Below, in pieces: positions 20,846-29,309 of a stretch of 64,000 nt of DNA. A program made the position numbers and the translations under genes. The stretch is from an uncultured Schleiferiaceae bacterium (GTDB lineage Bacteria; Bacteroidota; Bacteroidia; Flavobacteriales; Schleiferiaceae). The stretch's first letter is position 1. Each line of letters begins with the position of its first letter. The stretch covers positions 5,045 through 69,044 of the forward strand of contig CBFHHO010000008.1 of NCBI GenBank assembly GCA_965655695.1, in the 5' to 3' direction. A model generated the notes under the pieces. The model worked only from the letters and a program-made list of their open reading frames with translations, searched no databases and was not told where the DNA came from.

Positions 20846-22150
20846 ATGGGAACGTTCAAAATTACTGGAGGAAAGAAGCTAGGCGGAACAATCACACCAC
20901 AAGGCGCAAAGAATGAAACTTTGCAAATCCTTTGTGCTGTGCTTTTAACCCCCGAAGAGGTTAGAATAACAAACATCCCAGACATTGTGGATGTCAATAA
21001 GCTCATCGATCTTCTCGGTGATTTAGGCGTTTACGTGAAAAAGAATGGACACGGCGACTACACCTTTAAGGCGGAAAATGTCAATCTCGATTATCTAACG
21101 AGTGACACCTTCAAGCAGAAAGGGGCAAGTTTACGTGGATCCATCATGATTGTTGGACCGCTATTGGCCCGCTTCGGTAAGGCCTACATCCCAAAGCCAG
21201 GTGGAGACAAGATCGGACGTCGTCGTTTGGACACGCACTTTTTAGGTTTTCAAAAGCTAGGAGCCAAGTTCAATTACGACTCTAAAGACACCTTCTACAG
21301 CGTCGATGCCTCTGAACTTAAGGGTACCTATATGCTTTTGGACGAAGCGTCAGTGACCGGTACAGCAAATGTGGTCATGGCTGCAGTAATGGCTAAAGGC
21401 AAAACCACCATTTACAATGCCGCCTGTGAGCCGTACTTGCAACAGTTATGTAAAATGCTCGTTCGCATGGGTGCCAAAATTGACGGTATAGGATCGAACA
21501 TGCTTCACATCGAAGGCGTGGGTGAATTAGGTGGAACAACACACCGAATTTTACCGGATATGATCGAGATCGGGTCTTGGATCGGACTTGCAGCGATGAC
21601 CGGCTCTGACATTACCATCAAAGACGTCAGCTATCCGGATTTGGGCATCATTCCTACCGTATTTCGCAGATTAGGAATACATACCGAACTCAAAGGAGAC
21701 GATCTACACATCCCTTCTCACGACCACTACGAGATCGAAAGTTTTATCGACGGATCGATCATGACCATTGCAGATGCACCATGGCCTGGATTCACCCCAG
21801 ATCTATTGAGCATTATTCTGGTGACCGCCACGCAAGCCCGCGGTTCAGTGCTCATCCATCAAAAAATGTTTGAGAGCCGACTATTCTTTACGGATAAACT
21901 CATCGATATGGGCGCACAGATTATCCTTTGTGATCCGCACCGTGCCACTGTGATCGGTTTAGATAAGCAATCACCACTTCGCGCGACTACCATGACCTCT
22001 CCTGATATTCGTGCAGGTGTGAGTTTGCTGATTGCTGCATTGAGTGCAGAAGGCACCTCAACCATTCACAATATCAATCAGATCGACCGTGGCTATGAAA
22101 ACATTGACGGTAGACTCAAAGCGATTGGTGCAGATATTGTTAGATTGTAA
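20846..22150 (+). CDS. murA: UDP-N-acetylglucosamine 1-carboxyvinyltransferase
   Basis: 434 aa with MurA/EPSP-synthase-fold sequence (GAKNETLQILCAVLL..., active-site loop KPGGDKIGRRRLDTH). Confidence 0.95.
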   Translation: MGTFKITGGKKLGGTITPQGAKNETLQILCAVLLTPEEVRITNIPDIVDVNKLIDLLGDLGVYVKKNGHGDYTFKAENVNLDYLTSDTFKQKGASLRGSIMIVGPLLARFGKAYIPKPGGDKIGRRRLDTHFLGFQKLGAKFNYDSKDTFYSVDASELKGTYMLLDEASVTGTANVVMAAVMAKGKTTIYNAACEPYLQQLCKMLVRMGAKIDGIGSNMLHIEGVGELGGTTHRILPDMIEIGSWIGLAAMTGSDITIKDVSYPDLGIIPTVFRRLGIHTELKGDDLHIPSHDHYEIESFIDGSIMTIADAPWPGFTPDLLSIILVTATQARGSVLIHQKMFESRLFFTDKLIDMGAQIILCDPHRATVIGLDKQSPLRATTMTSPDIRAGVSLLIAALSAEGTSTIHNINQIDRGYENIDGRLKAIGADIVRL

Positions 22151-22176
22151 GCTCAAAACAATAAAACCCGTTACCC

Positions 22177-22743
22177 ATGAAATTTCTACAAAAAACGTTT
22201 GCATTAGTAGCCATAGCAGCACTTGGCTTCACCATAACGAGCTCGCAGGCTCACTACTCTACGGCACGTCCAGATTTAGCGGCCACCGCACAAATGGCGG
22301 CGCTTACTGTAGGAGACAAAGCTCCTGAGATTGCCATGCGTGACCCGCAAGGAAACGTTCGCAAGCTTTCTGACCTAAAAGGAAAAGTGGTGTTGATTGA
22401 CTTCTGGGCTTCGTGGTGTCGTCCATGTAGAATGGAAAACCCGAACGTAGTTCGTACGTACAAGCAATTTAAAGATGCTGCTTTTAGAAACGGAGACGGC
22501 TTCGAGGTATTTTCGGTAAGTCTCGATCAAGCCAAAGGCGCTTGGGAAAAGGGCATCGCTCAAGACGGTCTCGTGTGGGAAAACCACGTAAGTGATCTTC
22601 AGTATTGGAGAAATGCTGCAGCGCAGACTTATGGAGTGAACAGCATACCAGCGACGTTCCTGATCGACGGAGAAGGCATCATCATCAAAAAGAACTTGCG
22701 CGGAAAAGCGTTAGAAAACACATTAGCTTCCTTGAAGAGATAA
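22177..22743 (+). CDS. TlpA/ResA-like thiol:disulfide oxidoreductase (thioredoxin-fold redoxin), secreted
   Basis: 188 aa with a signal peptide (MKFLQKTFALVAIAALGFT...) and a FWASWCRPC active site. Confidence 0.88.
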   Translation: MKFLQKTFALVAIAALGFTITSSQAHYSTARPDLAATAQMAALTVGDKAPEIAMRDPQGNVRKLSDLKGKVVLIDFWASWCRPCRMENPNVVRTYKQFKDAAFRNGDGFEVFSVSLDQAKGAWEKGIAQDGLVWENHVSDLQYWRNAAAQTYGVNSIPATFLIDGEGIIIKKNLRGKALENTLASLKR

Positions 22744-22766
22744 TCACGAGGAGAAACAACTTTCTT

Positions 22767-22801
22767 AAAAAAGGGGGCCGCAATGCGGCCCCCTTTTTTT
22801 A
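22767..22801 (+). terminator. rho-independent terminator (bidirectional shape) after the redoxin gene
   Basis: A6, then gggggccgc-aat-gcggccccc (9-bp GC stem), then T7. Confidence 0.85.
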
Positions 22802-22821
22802 TGGTCTTATTTTTGCGCTCC

Positions 22822-22838
22822 GCTGACAAGCTGTCAGC
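22822..22838. repeat. inverted repeat GCTGACA-agc-TGTCAGC upstream of grpE
   Basis: Read directly: 7-bp perfect arms with a 3-nt spacer. It lies between a TAttTTTG box (22808-22815) and the sigma-54-like element. Confidence 0.8.
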
Positions 22839-22849
22839 ACAGCTCAGAT

Positions 22850-22865
22850 TGGCGAGCATTTTGCA
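22850..22865 (+). promoter_or_regulatory. sigma-54-type -24/-12-like element TGGCGAG-catt-TTGCA upstream of grpE-dnaJ
   Basis: GG (22851-52) and GC (22863-64) have the canonical 10-nt separation, with TGGC and TTGCA flanks. It ends 38 nt upstream of the grpE ATG. No TAnnTTTG box follows it. Confidence 0.4.
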
Positions 22866-22902
22866 AAGTACTAGAGTAAACAAGGATAAAAGAGCATCCA
22901 TC

Positions 22903-23478
22903 ATGTCAGAAGAACAGGTGAACAAGAACGAAGAAACGCACGAAAAAGCGACAGCAGCCACAGCTGAAGAACAAGAGAACAACTCCTCTGAAGCTAGCAA
23001 AAACAAGGACTCAGAGCTAGATCCTATCGAAAAGCTGGAAGCCGAAGTGAAGGATCTTAAAGATCAAAACTTACGTTTATATGCCGAGTTTGAAAACTTT
23101 CGTCGTCGCACTGCGAAGGAGCGCCTTCAGCTTATGGAAAGTGCAAACAAAGACACTTTAACCGCTTTGCTGCCAGTAATGGACGATTTTGACAGAGCTT
23201 TAAAGAATACTGAAGAAACGGAAGCAAATGCCTCTGTATTAGAAGGCCTTCGTTTGATTCAACACAAAATGAGTGAAACCCTAAAAGGTAAAGGTCTTTC
23301 AGCCATGGAAAGCAGCATCGGAAAAGCATTCGATGTCGAAGAAATGGAAGCAATCACACAAATTCCAGCGCCAAGCCCTGAGCTAGCAGGAAAGGTGATT
23401 GACGAGGTAGAAAAAGGCTACAAGATCGGTGAACAAGTAATTCGCTACGCAAAAGTGGTAGTGGGTAAAGAAGCATAA
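22903..23478 (+). CDS. grpE: nucleotide exchange factor GrpE
   Basis: The ORF track starts at 22783, inside the terminator. The ATG at 22903 gives [11 protein letters not shown]... with the GrpE core ([17 protein letters not shown]...). 191 aa, immediately upstream of dnaJ. Confidence 0.93.
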   Translation: MSEEQVNKNEETHEKATAATAEEQENNSSEASKNKDSELDPIEKLEAEVKDLKDQNLRLYAEFENFRRRTAKERLQLMESANKDTLTALLPVMDDFDRALKNTEETEANASVLEGLRLIQHKMSETLKGKGLSAMESSIGKAFDVEEMEAITQIPAPSPELAGKVIDEVEKGYKIGEQVIRYAKVVVGKEA

Positions 23479-23479
23479 G

Positions 23480-24613
23480 ATGGCAAAACGCGACTATTAT
23501 GATGTCCTCGGCGTAAGCAAGGGGTCTAGCCAAGATGAAATTAAAAAAGCATACCGTAAGGTTGCCATGAAGTTTCATCCCGATCGCAACCCGGGCGATA
23601 CAGAGGCAGAGAATAAATTCAAGGAAGCTGCTGAAGCTTACGATGTATTAGGCAACGAAGAGAAGCGTAGAAAATACGACCAGTTCGGACACCAAGCCTT
23701 TGGCGCTGGTGCAGGCGGCGGCGGTGGCTTTGGAGGAAATATGAACGACATCTTTGACATGTTCGGAGACATCTTCGGTGGTCAAGGTGGCGGCGGCGGT
23801 TTCGGCGGTTTCGGTGGATTCGGCGGCGGTGGCGGCGGTGGTCGTCGTCAAGCGAAGGGCAGTAATCTGCGAATCAAAGTTAAACTCACGCTAGAAGAGA
23901 TTGCCGACGGTGTCGAAAAGAAGATGAAAATCCGCAGAGCCAAGGTTGCTGATGGGGTTACGTTCAAGACGTGTTCCACCTGTAACGGTGCAGGTCAAGT
24001 CCAACAAGTAACGAATACCATTTTAGGTCAGATGCGTACTGCAGCAACCTGTTCTTCGTGTAACGGCGCTGGAAAAACTGTAGACAAGAAACCTGCAGGA
24101 GTGGGTAATGACGGACTAGAGCGTAAAGAAGAAGTGGTCAGCGTTAAAATCCCAGCGGGTGTTCAAGACGGAATGCAACTGCGCGTGGGAGGTAAAGGAA
24201 ATGACGCCTTAGGCGGTGTACCAGGAGATTTGATTGTACTGGTCGAAGAAATTGAGCACGAACATTTAACCCGAGACGGTGAGAACTTGCATTATGAATT
24301 GAACCTCAGTTTTCCAGATGCAACATTAGGAACAGCCGTGGAAATCCCTACGGTAAACGGTGTGGTCAAAGTGTCTATCGACGGTGGTACGCAACCGGGT
24401 AAAATCTTACGCTTGAAGAATAAAGGGCTACCAAGTGTTCAAGGGTACGGCCGAGGAGACCAGCTCATACACGTGAACGTTTGGGTACCGAAGAGTTTAA
24501 GCTCAGAAGAGAAGAAAACCGTAGAGAAGTTGAAAGACAGTAAAAACTTTACGCCAAACCCAGGGAAATCTGATAAAGGATTCTTTGATCGAGTAAAAGA
24601 GATGTTCTCTTAA
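23480..24613 (+). CDS. dnaJ: molecular chaperone DnaJ
   Basis: 377 aa with a J-domain (DYYDVLGV...HPDRN), a long Gly/Phe linker, a Cys-rich region with CxxCxGxG motifs, and C-terminal substrate-binding domains. Confidence 0.96.
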   Translation: MAKRDYYDVLGVSKGSSQDEIKKAYRKVAMKFHPDRNPGDTEAENKFKEAAEAYDVLGNEEKRRKYDQFGHQAFGAGAGGGGGFGGNMNDIFDMFGDIFGGQGGGGGFGGFGGFGGGGGGGRRQAKGSNLRIKVKLTLEEIADGVEKKMKIRRAKVADGVTFKTCSTCNGAGQVQQVTNTILGQMRTAATCSSCNGAGKTVDKKPAGVGNDGLERKEEVVSVKIPAGVQDGMQLRVGGKGNDALGGVPGDLIVLVEEIEHEHLTRDGENLHYELNLSFPDATLGTAVEIPTVNGVVKVSIDGGTQPGKILRLKNKGLPSVQGYGRGDQLIHVNVWVPKSLSSEEKKTVEKLKDSKNFTPNPGKSDKGFFDRVKEMFS

Positions 24614-24632
24614 CTGACATTTTTATATCTTC

Positions 24633-24666
24633 AAACTCCCGTCGTTAAAAGCGGGAGTTTTTTTTG
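24633..24666 (+). terminator. rho-independent terminator after dnaJ
   Basis: aaactcccg-(10-nt loop)-cgggagttt followed by a T8 run. Confidence 0.75.
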
Positions 24667-24728
24667 CCTTCTCCTTTAGTTAGGTGGAAAAATGAAAGAA
24701 TACAACTACTAGACCACCTAGCAAGCAT

Positions 24729-25622
24729 ATGATTACAGCAAAAAAGGTAAGCAAGCATTACAGCAAGAAAATTGCGCTTGACCAGATCAATCTCAACATC
24801 CCAAAAGGAAGTATTTATGGCCTTCTTGGCCCTAATGGCGCGGGTAAAACATCATTTATCCGCATCATGAATCAAATTACTGCACCAGACACGGGTGCAG
24901 TATATTTTGGAGACTCACCGCTACAACCATCTGATATTGCGCGTATAGGCTACCTGCCGGAAGAGCGTGGTTTGTACAAGAAGATGAAAGTCGGAGAACA
25001 AGTGTTGTATTTAGCCAAGCTTAAGGGCTTAACTGCCTCTCAAGCCAAAGAGCGTGCACGCATGTGGTTCGAACGCTTGGACATGGTATCGTTTTGGGAT
25101 AAGAAAGTCGAAGATTTAAGTAAAGGGATGGCACAAAAAGTACAATTCGTAACGACCGTGCTGCACGAGCCTGAATTGCTGATTTTCGATGAGCCATTTA
25201 CGGGATTTGACCCCATCAACACAAATCTGATTAAAAAAGAAATCAAACGATTAAACAGTGAAGGTGCTACAGTGGTATTCTCCACGCACCGTATGGAAAG
25301 CGTGGAAGAAATCTGTGATCACATCGGTTTGATCAACAATGGTAAAGTAATGGTCGAGGGTGCATTGCTCGATATACGCAAGCATTATAAGAACGGAACC
25401 TACTCCATCGTAACAAGTGAACCCTTCGATTACCAAGGAGATGCCTTAGTCTACAACGATGTGTCACATACGGGTTTTTCTTACGTACTCAAGTTGGATG
25501 AATATCCTACGCAGCTTGTAGTTGATCTCGCAGCCAAGGGAATTTTGGTCGGCTTCGAAGAGATATTGCCTACCGTAAGTGACATATTTATTGACATCGT
25601 TGAAAACGGACCTAAAGCCTAA
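24729..25622 (+). CDS. ABC transporter ATP-binding protein (ABC-2/NatA-like)
   Basis: 297 aa with Walker A (GPNGAGKTS), the signature LSKGMAQK and Walker B (LLIFDEP). Confidence 0.92.
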   Translation: MITAKKVSKHYSKKIALDQINLNIPKGSIYGLLGPNGAGKTSFIRIMNQITAPDTGAVYFGDSPLQPSDIARIGYLPEERGLYKKMKVGEQVLYLAKLKGLTASQAKERARMWFERLDMVSFWDKKVEDLSKGMAQKVQFVTTVLHEPELLIFDEPFTGFDPINTNLIKKEIKRLNSEGATVVFSTHRMESVEEICDHIGLINNGKVMVEGALLDIRKHYKNGTYSIVTSEPFDYQGDALVYNDVSHTGFSYVLKLDEYPTQLVVDLAAKGILVGFEEILPTVSDIFIDIVENGPKA

Positions 25623-25627
25623 TTGCC

Positions 25628-26941
25628 ATGAATAACCCCATACTACTGATCATACAGCGCGAGTTTTTGACGCGCGTACGCAAGAAAACATTTTTGCTAG
25701 TTACCCTTATTGCACCGGTACTTTTCGCTGCGCTAATGATTGTTCCAGGACTGCTCGCTAGCATGCCTGAGGATCATAAAAGCATTGTAGTGCTTGACCA
25801 ACCCTCCTTGCTTATTCCTGAGGAAGGTACTGAGCAATATGCCTTGGATTATTTGAATCCGGGGGAGTTCGATTTGGAATTGGCCAAAGATTTTCTTCGC
25901 AATTCTGAAAAAGATGCACTGCTGTACATTCCTTCTGGGGAAGGTTGGGATCCCGATTTTATTCGTAAAAACATATTGTTGTACGGTAAAGAGGACATCA
26001 GCATTGAGCTTCAGCGATTTGTGGAGAATCTACTTGAGGACCGCATCAACAAGCAAAAGCTGCTGCGTCAAGGCGTAGATCCAGAGGTTGTGGAACAGGC
26101 AAAGACCTTCGTTTCGATAAAAAGTTTCACCCTTGGCGAGGACGATGCAAGCGAGGAGACCAGTGCTACGCCGCTTAAAATGGGACTAGGGTACATCGCC
26201 GGTATGCTCATTTACTTTTTCATCTTCTTCTACTCTGTTCAAGTGATGCGTGGGGTGATTGAAGAAAAAACCAGCCGTATTGTGGAGGTGATTATCTCGA
26301 GTGTACGTCCCTACCAGCTGATGCTTGGGAAAATTTTAGGAATCGGTTTAGTGGGTGTGGTCCAATTTCTTATTTGGATCATCCTCTGCACCACCATCTA
26401 TGGCGTGGTCAGCACATTTATTTTCCCCGACTTACTCGCTCAAAGCGCAGGAGCCCCGGGAATGGGCGCCCCAGACATGGGTGATGTGGCAGGTTTACAG
26501 ATTTTTGACATGATTCGCAGCATCAACTTCCCACTTGTTTTGGGTGGTTTCGCCTTCTATTTCTTTGGTGGCTACTTTTTGTACAGTGCGCTGTTTGCGG
26601 CCCTGGGATCCGCGATCGATCAAGAAGCGGACAGCCAGCAATTTATGTTGCCCGTAACTGCGCCGATGATTATTGCGATTGTAACCGCTATGAATGTGAT
26701 TCAAGAGCCGAACGGACCTTTGGCCTTTTGGATGAGCATGTTCCCACTGACCTCCCCGATCAGCATGATGATTCGACTTCCGTTCGGTATTCCGATCTGG
26801 CAGGTGCTCTTAAGCGGAGCCATTCTCATCGCGACCTTCTTCGCAGTGGTTGGACTAGCAGGTAAGATCTACCGCGTGGGAATTTTGATGTATGGTAAAA
26901 AAGTGACTTGGAAAGAATTATATAAATGGCTGAAATACTAA
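25628..26941 (+). CDS. ABC-2 family transporter permease (NatB-like)
   Basis: 437 aa with an N-terminal TM helix, a large extracytoplasmic loop and a C-terminal multi-TM bundle. It lies 5 nt downstream of the ATPase gene. Confidence 0.85.
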   Translation: MNNPILLIIQREFLTRVRKKTFLLVTLIAPVLFAALMIVPGLLASMPEDHKSIVVLDQPSLLIPEEGTEQYALDYLNPGEFDLELAKDFLRNSEKDALLYIPSGEGWDPDFIRKNILLYGKEDISIELQRFVENLLEDRINKQKLLRQGVDPEVVEQAKTFVSIKSFTLGEDDASEETSATPLKMGLGYIAGMLIYFFIFFYSVQVMRGVIEEKTSRIVEVIISSVRPYQLMLGKILGIGLVGVVQFLIWIILCTTIYGVVSTFIFPDLLAQSAGAPGMGAPDMGDVAGLQIFDMIRSINFPLVLGGFAFYFFGGYFLYSALFAALGSAIDQEADSQQFMLPVTAPMIIAIVTAMNVIQEPNGPLAFWMSMFPLTSPISMMIRLPFGIPIWQVLLSGAILIATFFAVVGLAGKIYRVGILMYGKKVTWKELYKWLKY

Positions 26942-27861
26942 CGAGTATCACGGAATGGCTGAGTGATTTACTGAGCTACCGCTTATGGACCAATGACTTT
27001 TTACGCGTTTCAGTAAAGGGCGTTCTTCAAGTCATTTTCCTCTTTGCTGCAGCACGCTTCGGGTTTTGGACTTTACGCCGTGTGTTTATGCGCAGCAAGA
27101 TGGGCACCTCCTATGACGAAGGTCGCCGCTACACCATTTTGCAGATTTCAAAATATCTGATTTACACCGTAGTGATTGTGGTGGCGCTAGAGACCGTGGG
27201 CATCAAAGTCACCGCGCTGCTGGCCGCTTCGACCGCACTGTTTGTAGGTTTGGGTTTAGGTTTGCAAGACGCGTTCAAGGACCTGAGTTCCGGGGTGATC
27301 ATTTTGATTGAGCGCACGTTAAGCGTGGGTGACATCATACAGATGCAGGACCAGATCGGTAAGGTGGAAGCTGTGGGGCTGAGAACGACTACGGTGCGTA
27401 CTCGGGATGATATTTTGTTGATCGTGCCCAATTCTAAATTGACCAACGAAACTGTGATTAACCTGACTCACAGTGAGGAAACTACGCGTTTTGCAGTGGG
27501 AGTAAGTGTCGCTTTTGGAAGTGATACCCAAAAGGTGGCCCAAATTTTGAATGACATTGCATTGAATCATCCAGAGTCTGACCCGACCCATGAGCCGCTT
27601 GTGGTTTTGAAGGACTTTGGGGATAGTGCATTGATTTTTGAATTGAACTTTTACACGCGAAATCTCTTCTTCGTGGAGAAAATCAAAAGTGAACTTCGCT
27701 TTGAGATTGACCGTCAGTTCCGCGAACAACACATCATTATTCCGTTCCCGCAAAGAACGGTTTGGAAAGGTCCGGAACGCATCACGCAGTTTGGCGACGG
27801 TATCGTCGGAGCTGGCGAGGTACATCCGCAGAGTGATGAGAGCGATAACGGCGCTGTGTAA
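26926..27861 (+). CDS. mechanosensitive ion channel family protein (MscS-like)
   Basis: 311 aa with 3 TM helices followed by the MscS beta-domain pattern (ERTLSVGDIIQMQDQIGKVEAVGLRTTTVRTRDDILLIVPNSKL). It overlaps the permease gene by 16 nt. Confidence 0.88.
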   Translation: MAEILTSITEWLSDLLSYRLWTNDFLRVSVKGVLQVIFLFAAARFGFWTLRRVFMRSKMGTSYDEGRRYTILQISKYLIYTVVIVVALETVGIKVTALLAASTALFVGLGLGLQDAFKDLSSGVIILIERTLSVGDIIQMQDQIGKVEAVGLRTTTVRTRDDILLIVPNSKLTNETVINLTHSEETTRFAVGVSVAFGSDTQKVAQILNDIALNHPESDPTHEPLVVLKDFGDSALIFELNFYTRNLFFVEKIKSELRFEIDRQFREQHIIIPFPQRTVWKGPERITQFGDGIVGAGEVHPQSDESDNGAV

Positions 27862-27879
27862 CCCTAAAAAAGCAATACC

Positions 27880-29043
27880 ATGAGCAGAATACTACTGATC
27901 GAAGATGAAGAGGCGATTCGTCGTGTCTTGAAAAAAATACTCTTAGAAGAAGACAGGAACAACGAGATTGTAGAGGCTGCTGATGGCAAATCTGCGATCG
28001 AAACCTTCGGTGAAGGAAATTGGGACCTGGTATTTTGTGATATTAAAATGCCACATGTCGACGGTGTGGAAGTGCTCGAACACATGATGAGCGTGAATGC
28101 CGATGTGCCCGTGATTATGATCAGCGGGCATGGCGATATCAATACCGCTGTGGATTGTTTAAAGAAAGGGGCCTTCGACTATTTGCCGAAGCCACCAGAT
28201 TTGAACCGCCTGCTCTCTACGGTGCGTCACGCATTAGAGCGCAAGACGCTGGTGCAGGAAGTGAAGACCCTGAAAAAGAAGGTCAGTAAGAAATATACAA
28301 TGATCGGCGAGAGCGGGGGTATGGATGAGTTGCGCGATATGATCGCAAAAGTAGCTCCTTCTGAGGCTCGCGTATTGATCACAGGACCGAACGGTTCTGG
28401 AAAAGAATTGGTAGCACATCAGATTCATGAGCAGAGCGAGCGCTCAAGCGCACCTATGGTTGAAGTCAACTGTGCTGCGATCCCGGCTGAATTGATCGAA
28501 AGCGAACTGTTTGGACATAAGAAAGGGGCATTTACCGGTGCACAAAAGGACCGAAAGGGAAAATTTGAATTGGCCAACGGTGGGACGCTGTTCTTGGATG
28601 AGATCGGGGACATGAGTTTGAGCGCACAAGCGAAAGTGTTACGCGCTTTACAGGAGCATAAAGTGACCCCGGTGGGTGGCGACAAAAGTGTTTCAGTGAA
28701 CGTGCGCGTGTTGGCGGCTACGAACAAGGATTTGCGCAATGAGATTGCTGAAGGTCGATTCCGTGAGGATTTGTACCACAGACTTAGCGTGATAGTTATT
28801 GAGGTACCCGGGCTTAATGATCGCAAGGAGGATATTCCGTTGCTGGGCGAGCACTTCTTGAAAAATGTGGCGGCCGAATATGGGGCGGCGAAGAAAGAAT
28901 TGGCTACAGATGCGATAGAGGCGTTGCAAGCCTACGACTGGACGGGAAATATTCGAGAATTTCGCAATGTGATGGAGCGTTTGCACATTTTAAGCGGGAA
29001 CCCGATTAGTAAATCCTGCGTAGAGAAATTCGCACGGAAATAA
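27880..29043 (+). CDS. sigma-54-dependent response regulator (receiver + AAA+ domains) lacking a C-terminal HTH DNA-binding domain
   Basis: 387 aa with a receiver domain (EDEE pocket, phospho-acceptor D54 in VFCDIKMP), AAA+ Walker A (GPNGSGKE), an intact GAFTGA loop and Walker B (LFLDEIG). The protein ends about 25 aa after the AAA+ lid (FRNVMERL...) with no Fis-type HTH. Confidence 0.9.
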   Translation: MSRILLIEDEEAIRRVLKKILLEEDRNNEIVEAADGKSAIETFGEGNWDLVFCDIKMPHVDGVEVLEHMMSVNADVPVIMISGHGDINTAVDCLKKGAFDYLPKPPDLNRLLSTVRHALERKTLVQEVKTLKKKVSKKYTMIGESGGMDELRDMIAKVAPSEARVLITGPNGSGKELVAHQIHEQSERSSAPMVEVNCAAIPAELIESELFGHKKGAFTGAQKDRKGKFELANGGTLFLDEIGDMSLSAQAKVLRALQEHKVTPVGGDKSVSVNVRVLAATNKDLRNEIAEGRFREDLYHRLSVIVIEVPGLNDRKEDIPLLGEHFLKNVAAEYGAAKKELATDAIEALQAYDWTGNIREFRNVMERLHILSGNPISKSCVEKFARK

Positions 29044-29076
29044 GCGTACTTTTGCGGAAACAAATCTTTAGAGATT

Positions 29077-29304
29077 ATGAGTTTCCCAAAATTCTTGGTT
29101 GGTGACAATACCGATCTTCCAGAAGCTGTATTTATCGTTCACACTGAATTCCCGGCATTCGTACTAAATCTTGAGAACGATGACGTACAATGGTTGGACG
29201 ATATCAGTGATGAGAGCGAAGGCGATTTAACCAAAGCATTAGAGGGCTTGATTGCAGAGGCTGAAGCCTTTTACCAGCGCGAAGTAGAGCGTTATAACGT
29301 CTAA
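29077..29304 (+). CDS. hypothetical small acidic protein (75 aa)
   Basis: ATG-initiated ORF between the sigma-54 activator and the MATE gene (gaps of 33 and 5 nt). It is very acidic (many D/E) and I recognise no motif. Confidence 0.5.
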   Translation: MSFPKFLVGDNTDLPEAVFIVHTEFPAFVLNLENDDVQWLDDISDESEGDLTKALEGLIAEAEAFYQREVERYNV

Positions 29305-29309
29305 TCAAG

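Noticed and set aside
22783-22902. N-terminally extended ORF-track starts (grpE 22783, rpsN 8297, rpsC 11177, DUF4290 20165, ftsH 46030, lon 54542, ddl 42090, PASTA 42124, birA 45653, yaaA 56122, lipoprotein 55974, LUD 48214, porin 60124 and others)
   Set aside because: The extensions run through terminators, neighbouring genes or non-conserved sequence. Internal ATGs reproduce the canonical N-termini or signal peptides, so I used shorter coordinates.
23700-23850. GGC/GGT-rich quasi-tandem repeats, considered as a possible microsatellite or repeat array
   Set aside because: It is simply the coding sequence of the DnaJ Gly/Phe linker ([19 protein letters not shown]). The antisense ORF at 23648-23851 is a by-product.
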